A stretch of DNA of 64,000 bases from Prasinococcaceae sp. CCMP 1430 (Eukaryota; Plantae; Prasinodermophyta). The notes beneath the pieces are model-generated. The model was not told where the DNA came from. It saw nothing but the letters and a program-made list of their open reading frames with translations, and searched no databases. The position numbers and the translations under genes are program-made. Shown one piece after another: positions 56,123 through 64,000 of the stretch. Within the stretch, counting starts at the first letter, position 1, and each line of letters opens with the position of its first letter. Location: assembly GCA_013416795.1 (NCBI GenBank), contig RQSC01001202.1:1-64000 (forward strand). The letters are read 5' to 3'.

Positions 56123-56463
56123 ACGCCTTCCTCTCGACGATGGACATCGCCATGCTGCCCGTCGTGGTCGGCGGCACGGGCGTCAGCTCGAAGATCTTCA
56201 AGTGCATCGAGACGGGCACGCCGTTCGTGTCGACGCTCGAGGGGAACCGCGGGTTCGCCTGCGGGCCGGAGTGCACGGAGACCTTCTTCGTGCGAGACGT
56301 CCACGAGCTGTTCGGCCGCGCCATGCGCATCCTCGGCTCGCAGGCGGCGCACGATGCCGCGTGCGACCTCCTCGTGAGCATCGGCGAGTCGCTCTCGCAG
56401 CGCAACCTGGCCACCAACGCCCTGCTGATCGAGCAGCTCCGGCGCGCGAGCGCCCCGGCCTAG
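56123..56463 (+). pseudogene. Displaced C-terminal end of the GT4 glycosyltransferase
   Basis: AFLSTMDIAMLPVVVGGTGVSSKIFKCIETGTPFVSTLEG...RASAPA*. The first 89 bp match 62179-62267 at 88/89. Confidence 0.85.
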
Positions 56464-56511
56464 CGCGGCGCGGCCCGCTGCCCTCGCGGCCCTGTAACTC
56501 TACCACACTTC

Positions 56512-57585
56512 TTACGGAGGAGCGACGCCATTGCCATCGCCGCGCGCGAGCTCTCGCCTCGAAGCTCGTGCGTGCGCCGATTGAGTGGTCCAGTGCGCTC
56601 GAGTGGATCGACGCTGGACTTCGCGCGAGCGCAGGCGCTGGTATATGCCAGGTAGTCCTAAAGTGAATCGCCACACGCGCACCGTTCTGTCGTCGCTCGC
56701 CGACGCCAGGCGCGAGCCGTCCGGGCTCCAGCGCACCGAGAAGACATTATACTCGTGTCCCTCGAGCTCGTGCACCACCTCGCCGGTGGACGCGTCCAAC
56801 ACGCGCACCGTCTGGTCCCCGCTCGCCAACGCCAGGCGCGAGCCGTCCGGGCTCCAGCACACCGAGAGCACCAACTTGTTATGTCTCCTGAGCACGTGCA
56901 CCGCCTTGCCGGTCGACGCGTCCCACACGCGCACCGTCAGGTCGTCGCTTGCCGACGCCAGGCGCGAGCCGTCCGGGCTCCAGCACACCGAGTTCACAGC
57001 ATCCTCGTGTCCCTTGAGCAAAAACACCGCCTCGCCGGTCGACGCGTCCCACACGCGCACTGTCTTGTCGTCGCTCGCCGACGCCAGGCGCGAGCCGTCC
57101 GGGCTCCAGCGCGCACAGGCCACGCTATCCTCGTGTCCCTCGAGCACGTGCACCGTCTCGCCCGTCGACACGTCCCACACAGCCACCGTATCGTCGAAGC
57201 TCGCCGACGCCAGCCGCGAGCCGTCCGGGCTCCAGCACACCGACATCACCAAATCCTCGTGGTGTCCCTCGAGCACCTGCACAAACTCGCCGGTCGACGC
57301 GTCCCACACGCGCACCGTCAGGTCGTCGCTTGCCGACGCCAGGCGCGAGCCGTCCGGGCTCCAGCACACCGAGTTCACAGTATCATAGTGTCCCTCGATC
57401 ATAAGCACCGCCTCGCCGGTCGACGCGTCCCACACGCGCACCGTCGTGTCATCGCTCGCCGACGCCAGGCGCGAGCCGTCCGGGCTCCAGCACACCGAGT
57501 ACACCGAGAACATGTGGTCCTCGAGCACCTGCACCGCCCCGACGGTCGGTGCGTCCCACACGCACATGATGCGCGTGGAGTCCAT
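56512..57585 (-). CDS. WD40 protein with seven highly similar 42-aa repeats (HET-E/NACHT-WD-like propeller)
   Basis: Repeat LEGHxxxVxSVCWSPDGSRLASASDDxTVRVWDASTGExVxx seven times, ~126-nt period, near-identical DNA core. Confidence 0.93.
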   Translation of the reverse strand: MDSTRIMCVWDAPTVGAVQVLEDHMFSVYSVCWSPDGSRLASASDDTTVRVWDASTGEAVLMIEGHYDTVNSVCWSPDGSRLASASDDLTVRVWDASTGEFVQVLEGHHEDLVMSVCWSPDGSRLASASFDDTVAVWDVSTGETVHVLEGHEDSVACARWSPDGSRLASASDDKTVRVWDASTGEAVFLLKGHEDAVNSVCWSPDGSRLASASDDLTVRVWDASTGKAVHVLRRHNKLVLSVCWSPDGSRLALASGDQTVRVLDASTGEVVHELEGHEYNVFSVRWSPDGSRLASASDDRTVRVWRFTLGLPGIYQRLRSREVQRRSTRAHWTTQSAHARASRRELARGDGNGVAPP

Positions 57586-57965
57586 CGCCCGTCCTGGGCG
57601 GCCGCCCGCCGCGCGCGCAGTGGCGCCGCCGCCGCCGCCTAGCGCCTAGCCCCAGGCGAGCGGGGTAGGGGGGGGGGGGCAACCCCTCGCGGCAACCCCT
57701 CGCGGCGTCTTCGGGGCGCGCCGGGGCGGCAGGTCGGGCGCCCCTCGCCGCCTGGCCGCCGCCGCCTGGCGGCCACCGGCGCAGTTGCTCGTGCGCGGGG
57801 GAGCAAGACAGACAGACGGACGCACACACACAGACACACAGACACACAGACACACACACCGACAACAGACACACAGAGAAGGCAACCCCCCCCCAAGCCT
57901 CCCCCCCCCTCCCCCCTCGCGCAGACAAACAAACGCACACAACACAAGACAAGGGAAACACACAA

Positions 57966-59060
57966 ATGTCGCTCTTCCAGCCCGTCGGGCAGAAGCGCCT
58001 CACCAACGTCGCGGTGGTGCGCCTCAAGCGCGGCGGCTCGCGCTTCGAGGTGGCGTGCTACAAGAACAAGTGCCTCGAGTGGCGCGCGGGCGTGGAGAAG
58101 GACCTCGACGAGGTGCTGCAGACCACGCAGGTGTACGAGAACGTGTCCAAGGGGCTGTTCGCGAAGCCCAAGAACCTGCGCAAGGCCTTCGGCACCGAGG
58201 ACATGGAGGCCATCTGCACGCAGATCCTCACCCGGGGCGAGCTGCAGGTGAGCGACAAGGAGCGCGCCAAGCGCTACGACGAGCTCTTCCACGAGGTCGC
58301 CACGACGATCGTGGAGAAGTGCGTCAACCCCGAGTCGGGCCGGCCGTACCCCGCGGGCGTCATCGAGCGCGCCATGCGCGACGCGCACTTCAACGTGGAC
58401 CCCAACAGGAGCGCCAAGCAGCAGGCGATGGAGCTCGTGCCCCGGCTCGCCGAGCGCATCCCGCTCGCGCGCGCGCCCATGCGCCTGCGGCTGGTCGCGC
58501 CGGCGGGCTGCGAGGCGGCCGGCTTCGAGGCGGCGTGCAGGGCGCTCGGCGCCGAGGCGGGCAAGCAAGCGACGGTGGAGAGCGCGGAGGGCGGGCCCGA
58601 GGGCGTCGCCGTCGTGCTCAGGTGCGACCCCAGCGTGTTCGCCGAGGCGGACAGGCTGTGCAGGTCGCTCGAGGGCGGGCAGGGGCGCGTGGAGGTCGTC
58701 GACCTCGCCGTGCACGAGGGCGGGGCGGACTCGATGGGGCTGCGGGCGGCCAAGGCCGACGACGGCCTGGCGGCGGCGCTGTCGGAGAAGCTCGCGGTGG
58801 GCGGCGGGGGCGCGGGGGCCGGGAACGGCAACGGCGGTCAAACGGCGCCCCCGAGGGCGCGGCCGGCGCTCTCGTGCGTGGCGTGCCGCGCGACGTTCGC
58901 GACGCGCGAGGAGCACCGCGAGCACTTCCGCTGCGACTGGCACCGCGCGAACCTCAAGCGCAAGCAGGCCAAGCAGCCGCCGCTCAGCCGCGAGGAGCAC
59001 GAGGCCGAGGCGCTCATGGCCGGCGACGAGCTGGACGACTTCGACAAGGAGTTCTTGTAG
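57966..59060 (+). CDS. SBDS: Ribosome maturation factor SBDS/SDO1 with C-terminal C2H2 zinc finger
   Basis: QKRLTNVAVVRLKRGGSRFEVACYKNK, VYENVSKG, RGELQVSDKER, SAKQQA; CVAC..HREHFRCDWHRANLKRK. Confidence 0.96.
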   Translation: MSLFQPVGQKRLTNVAVVRLKRGGSRFEVACYKNKCLEWRAGVEKDLDEVLQTTQVYENVSKGLFAKPKNLRKAFGTEDMEAICTQILTRGELQVSDKERAKRYDELFHEVATTIVEKCVNPESGRPYPAGVIERAMRDAHFNVDPNRSAKQQAMELVPRLAERIPLARAPMRLRLVAPAGCEAAGFEAACRALGAEAGKQATVESAEGGPEGVAVVLRCDPSVFAEADRLCRSLEGGQGRVEVVDLAVHEGGADSMGLRAAKADDGLAAALSEKLAVGGGGAGAGNGNGGQTAPPRARPALSCVACRATFATREEHREHFRCDWHRANLKRKQAKQPPLSREEHEAEALMAGDELDDFDKEFL

Positions 59061-59159
59061 CTCTGTACAGTAGTAGTATACGTAAGAAGAAGTGTATCGC
59101 ACCCATCCATCGGTGTCACACCGTCCACCCCCACCCACACACAGACGCATGCACACAGA

Positions 59160-59173
59160 CGCACGCACACAGA

Positions 59174-59225
<52 letters not shown>
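59160..59225. repeat. (GCAC)n tetranucleotide microsatellite
   Basis: Seen directly, downstream of SBDS. Confidence 0.9.
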
Positions 59226-59876
59226 GTCTACACACTGACGCATGCGCACACACGCACACACGGCGCACAGACATGCGCGCGCGCACACGTCATACCCAGC
59301 GTAAGAAGCTTCTCCTGCACTGTGGCTGCAACATGTGCGACGTACTGTCCGTGCTTAGCGCCTGGCGCCTCCGAGCGCAGTACGTCAAAACGACACAGAG
59401 TACTGCACTGCCTCCGAGGTGGGGCCAGCGCGGTGTGGGGCGGCCGCAGTTGCGGTCAGGGTTTCCAGTTTTGATACGCGATTCGCACGCGAACGAAACG
59501 CATGCGTTTCGAGGTCGCCCCGCGGGGGAAACGCCGGAAAGCCGCGCGGGTCGAACGGGGCGCCGAAGCGCGCTCCGCGATACGCGGCGCGCATCAATCC
59601 GTGGGCATCTGGCCGCGGAGTCGCGCCACGAAATGCGCGGAAATTCCGCGAAATGCGCGCGCCGGGTGTCGCGCGCGCGCCGGGGCGGGGGGGTGCCACA
59701 CGCAGCAGAGCCCACGCACGCCCAGCACACGGACCACGCACACACTCGCGTCGTCTCCATCGACGACGGCGATGGGCGCGAAGGGGAGGCGGCCGTAGCG
59801 CTTTGAAAGCGCGGGGAAAGAAGAAGAAAAATCCCAGGGGAAAGAAGAAGAGCCCCCCCAGAAGCGAGCAAGCAAG

Positions 59877-62267
59877 ATGGCGCCGACGCCACCGCCAACG
59901 GCGCCGACGGCGGCGCGGCTTCCGCGCGCGGCCGCGCCTTCCTACCCCCCTCCTCCGCGCCCCAAGAAGAAGCAGCAGCAGAAGAAGAAGGCATACACGA
60001 CGACGGCACACGCCGCCTCCTCCGCCGCCCGCCGCGCGCTCGTCGCCCTGGCGGCGGTCGTCCCATGCCTGGCGCCGATGCTGCTGCTGCTGCTGCTGCT
60101 CGCGCGCAGCAGCGGCAGCAGCAGCAGCAACAGCACCACCCCCGACGCTCCGCCGCACACCTCCTCGCTCCTCCCCCCTTTCCAGGAGCCCTTCTTCCTC
60201 TTCCCCACCACCACCACCGCCTCATCATCATCATCATCGTCATCATCATCGTCATCAGAACAAGACAACAAACACAACAACAAGGACCACCACCTCAAAT
60301 CCTTCGCCACCATTCTCGCACAGCCCGCCGACGTCACGATCGTCACCGCGCTCGCGGACTCTCGAACAGCAGCGCGCTTCGGGCGCGGCATGGCGCGCAA
60401 CATGGCGAGGATCGACCCGCGCGGCCTGCACATACGCCACGCCCTGGTGGGCCTTGACAAACAAGGCGCGTCGTCCGCCGCCATCATGGCCGCGCACGTG
60501 CGCGCAGAAGTTGGCGCCTCTCCTCCGGAGGAGTACGAGGCGCTCATAGCGGCTTCGAGCAACACACGACAACTTCGCCCCCTCGCCGCGGCGCGCGACG
60601 TCATCTCCGCCTCAAAACGCTCGGCGTTCTTCGCGCTGTGGGAGCTCGAGGACCGCAAGCCCCCCAGAAACCTCGCCGACAAGGTGGCCTACGCGCGACA
60701 AGGCTCTCACGGGCTGGTCGCCTCTCCCATCCGCCGCTTCGTGCCGGCGGAGGAGGAGGCGCTGCTCAAAGACGGCAGGTCGAGCTGGCGCGCCGCCGCG
60801 CTCGGCGGCGAGCTCGACCACGCCGCGTACGAAGACTACGTGCCGCTGTCCGACCTCTTCAGCTACGACGCCCGCACGGGCGCCATCGACGGCATGTCGG
60901 GCGTGCTTGAGGCCGGCGCGCTCTTCTCGCGCGAGGCGTACGGCGCCGCGGGGGGGCTGGCGGGGACGTCGGCGCTCGCCGACCAGTGCATGTTCGCCGC
61001 GATGGCCTACCGCAACGTGAGCGTCGGCTTCACCGCGCGCACCGTCGAGCACAGGGCCGTCTTCCGCGCGGCGCCCTCCGCGGCGCCGCGCCCGCAGCTG
61101 GACGTCATGCGCGACCGCAGCGAGTGCGCCGTCGCCCCCGAGGAGTTCGAGGCTCGGGGGGTCTTCAGCAACGCCGCGTCTCGGGCGCCTCGGGCGCCTC
61201 GAGCGCACCCGCGCGTGGCGCTCTTCCACGAGATGCTGCCGCGCGACGACCAGGGCGGCAGCATCCGCCTGCGCGCGCTCGCGGACGGCCTCCTCGCCAA
61301 CGGCTACGCCGTGGACGTCTTCGTGCGGGAGCCCCTGCCGCGGCTGACGCCCGGCGGCGAGCGGCCGACGCGGGCCGCGGTCGACCTCACCTACGGCGCG
61401 ATGCGCGTGTTCTCCGACGAGCCGTCGCTGCGCGGCTACCTGCCGGTGCTCGGCGGCGCGTACGACGTGCTCATCAGCTCGCTGTGGTTCTGGAGGGACT
61501 TCGCCGTGTCGGAGGTGCAGCCCATCCCGCCGCTGGTGCAGCGCGCGCTCAACGCCGACGGGAGGATCCCACACATCGTCGTCACCGACGACATCCACTA
61601 CGAGCGCTGCAGGTCCACCGAGGCGGACAAGAGCCTGTGGCGCCGCGTCAGGCCCGTCGAGCGCGACATATGGGCGAGCGCCGAGTACACCAAGGTGTTC
61701 GTCTCCGAGCAGGACATGCGGCGCGCCGCCGCGGAGGCCGGGCTCGCCCCGGCGCAGGCCGCCCGCACGATGACCTTCCTGCCGTACATGCTCAGGCCCG
61801 AGCGCCTCCCCAGGAGCCTGCCGCGCTCGGGCGCGTCCAACGTGGTGTTCTTCGGGAGCGCCCACCCCGCCAACGTGCAGGCGCTCGAGGCGCTCGTATC
61901 GATGGCCAACGCGAACGCGCAGGGTGCGGCAGCGCGCGACGTGCGCCCGCGCGCGACGTGCGGCAGCGCGCGACGTGCGCCCGCGCGCGACGTGACGCCG
62001 CCGGCGCGCGCGCCGGGCGCGCAACCCGGCGCCGCAGCGGGTGTCGCCAGCGACCGCCCCGTGGCGCTGCACATCGTGGGTGACGACCGATGGGCGGACA
62101 TCGTCGACGGGTTGAGGGACGCCCAGTCTCTGACCGACGCCGTCGACGCGCGCGTGGTCGGCTTCGTGGACGACCTGGACGCCTTCCTCTCGACGATGGA
62201 CATCGCCATGCTGCCCGTCGTGGTCGGCGGCACGGGCATCAGCTCGAAGATCTTCAAGTGCATCGAG
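59877..62267 (+). CDS. Type II membrane GT-B (GT4-like) glycosyltransferase lacking its native C-terminus
   Basis: Signal anchor ALVALAAVVPCLAPMLLLLLLL; RVALFHEMLPRDDQGGSIRL, VVTDDIH, VFVSEQD, FFGSAHPAN, VVGFVDDLDAFLSTMDIAMLP, GTGISSKIFKCIE. Probable in-frame 114-nt intron at 61924-62037. Confidence 0.8.
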
Positions 62268-63989
62268 GCGCGCGGCGGCGCGGCCGCGGCCGAGGAGCTG
62301 GTCGCCGACGCGCGCGCGGCCGGGGTGCAGCTGAACGCCATCACGTACACGGCGGCGGCGAACGCGCTGGCGGCGGAGCGCGCGTCGCCCGCCGCGCTGT
62401 GGGAGGCCATGGTTTTGGAGGCGAGTTCGGGGGGGCTGGAGGTCGACGGGTACGCGCTGGTGGCGTTCGCCGCCGCGAGCCTCAAGGCGCGCGAGTACGA
62501 CTTTTTGGTTTCGCTCCACGACGGCGAGCTCATCGTCTCAAAAAGCGGCGGGTCACCCGCGCCTTTTCTCCTGCCCGACGCGCCCGCGTCGCTGTACGCC
62601 GCGCACCCGGAGCTGGGGACCATGGTGGTGCAGGCGCTCGGCCGGCGAAAGAGGGGCGCCGACGCTTTGAAGGCCTTCGAGGCGACCAGCGCGAAGGACG
62701 CGCAGGCGTTCGCGACGCTCATCACCGCGCTGGGGCGCTCGGGCATGGCCGCGGAGGCGCTCGCGCAGCTCGACCGCATGCGCGCCGCCGGCGTGAGGGC
62801 GCGCGGTCCGCTGGCGTACAACGCCGCCATGGACGCGTGCGCGCGCCTCGCCGAGTCGTCGCCGAGCGCCCACGTGCGCGAGGACGCCCTGGGGCTCCTG
62901 GAGCGCGCGGCCACCATGATGGAGGAGGACGACACGCGCCCCGACGCCATCACGTACAACACGGCCATGCGCGCGTGCGTGGCCGCCGGCGCCGCCGCGC
63001 GCGTCTTCCCGCTGCTCGACCGCATGTACGACGCGCGCGTGCGTCGCGACATCACCACCTACCTGCAGGTGCTGGCGGCGTGCCGCGCCGAGCGCCAGAT
63101 CGACTACGCCATCCGGCTGGTGGCCGGCATGGAGGCCGACGGCGTGAAGCCCACCCACTGGGTGTACGACCTGCTCATGCGCGTGTGCTACCCCGAGAGG
63201 GCCGACGCGGTGTGCGACGCCTACGAGCGGATGCGCGAGGGGCGGCTGCTGGAGGAGCGCTTCAGGGTTTTGGACGGCGAGAGGACGCCGTTTGGGATGC
63301 CGACGGCGACGCTCGCCGTTCTGGCGTATGGGGATAGAAGCGACTGGAGGGGGGTGCTGCGGGTGATGCGCGACGTGCGCTCCTTCGGCCACGCGCCGGA
63401 CGAGTACCTGTGCAACGCCGCCGTTTTGAGCTTTGGGAAGTGCAAGCAGGTGGACCTCGCGCTCAATACGCTGCACGCCATGCGGGGCGCCAATTATCTG
63501 GGCGGCGTTGGGGGCGGCGGGGGCGGCTTTGGCGGGGATGGCAGCAGCAGCGGGGACACGGCATTTGGGGCGCGTGTCGTCCCCCCCGAGGGCAGCTGCG
63601 CGCCCGGCGGGCGCGCGGGCGTGGGCGCGGGCGGCGTGCACGCCTTCGCGCGCGTGCCGCCCTCCATGCGCGGCCAGCCGCCCGCGCGCGCGCCGGCGGC
63701 GACGGTGGTGTCGTACACGGCGGCCATCGCGTCGTGCGCCAAGAACGGCCGCATGGCGGACGCGCTGGCGCTGCTGGAGGCCATGGAGCGCGAGGGCGTG
63801 GAGCCCAACGCCAAGACGTACTCGACGCTCGTCCAGCAGGCCGCCGAGGAGGGCGACGTGGAGGCCGCGCTGGGCGCGCTGGTGCGCATGCGGCGCGCGG
63901 GCGTCGAGGTGGACGAGGTCGCGCGCGGAATGCTGCTCGACGCCTTCAACGGACCCGGGGATATGGCTAGGATGCTGCAGGCGCTCTAA
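62268..63989 (+). CDS. Pentatricopeptide-repeat protein, N-terminally truncated and fused in frame to the GT
   Basis: P-type PPR motifs: AITYTAAANA, AFATLITALGRSG, LAYNAAMDAC, PDAITYNTAMRAC, TYLQVLAAC, TVVSYTAAIASCAKNG, PNAKTYSTLVQ. Confidence 0.9.
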   Translation, partial: ARGGAAAAEELVADARAAGVQLNAITYTAAANALAAERASPAALWEAMVLEASSGGLEVDGYALVAFAAASLKAREYDFLVSLHDGELIVSKSGGSPAPFLLPDAPASLYAAHPELGTMVVQALGRRKRGADALKAFEATSAKDAQAFATLITALGRSGMAAEALAQLDRMRAAGVRARGPLAYNAAMDACARLAESSPSAHVREDALGLLERAATMMEEDDTRPDAITYNTAMRACVAAGAAARVFPLLDRMYDARVRRDITTYLQVLAACRAERQIDYAIRLVAGMEADGVKPTHWVYDLLMRVCYPERADAVCDAYERMREGRLLEERFRVLDGERTPFGMPTATLAVLAYGDRSDWRGVLRVMRDVRSFGHAPDEYLCNAAVLSFGKCKQVDLALNTLHAMRGANYLGGVGGGGGGFGGDGSSSGDTAFGARVVPPEGSCAPGGRAGVGAGGVHAFARVPPSMRGQPPARAPAATVVSYTAAIASCAKNGRMADALALLEAMEREGVEPNAKTYSTLVQQAAEEGDVEAALGALVRMRRAGVEVDEVARGMLLDAFNGPGDMARMLQAL

Positions 63990-64000
63990 TGACCGGTGTG

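Larger units (their letters stand above)
56123..62267. repeat. 89-bp direct repeat pair bounding a ~6.1-kb block
   Basis: 56123-56211 versus 62179-62267; offset 6056; single mismatch G56182/A62238 (Val/Ile). Confidence 0.95.

Noticed and set aside
1-64000. Hundreds of overlapping Arg/Ala/Pro-rich and antisense ORFs (e.g. 4502-6202, 11155-13356, 30764-32368, 57785-59806, 60612-62519)
   Set aside because: These are shadow ORFs caused by high GC and strong GC3 bias opposite or out of frame with recognised genes; they show no family motifs.

Overview
Eukaryotic nuclear DNA, very GC-rich, from a draft assembly with 7 N-gaps and 3 single Ns. The sequence shows GT(GC)-AG introns with GTGCGY donors and CTGAC-like branch points, flagellar genes (CFAP100, TBCCD1), plastid-type enzymes (heteromeric ACCase biotin carboxylase, DiT2, TrpA, NAGS) and a type III glutamine synthetase. 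These point to an early-branching green alga (inference). About 27 protein-coding loci or fragments are supportable. No rRNA, tRNA, CRISPR array or autonomous transposon was recognised. Main leads: (1) a GT4 glycosyltransferase whose C-terminus lies 6 kb upstream of its N-terminus, the block bounded by an 88/89-bp direct repeat, with an in-frame GT::PPR fusion; (2) a stand-alone seven-repeat WD40 gene with HET-E-like near-identical repeats and hypervariable positions, next to an ankyrin gene; (3) an orphan 7-TM protein with gustatory-receptor-like/DUF3537 architecture; (4) an acyl-CoA synthetase whose introns are built from complementary (TG)n and (CA)n tracts; (5) an RPL21 exon joined to a start-less, transit-peptide-bearing O-acetylhomoserine sulfhydrylase, tail-to-tail with a cysteine desulfhydrase-like lyase. 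Some junctions may be assembly artefacts. Family calls come from motif recognition by eye, not database searches.
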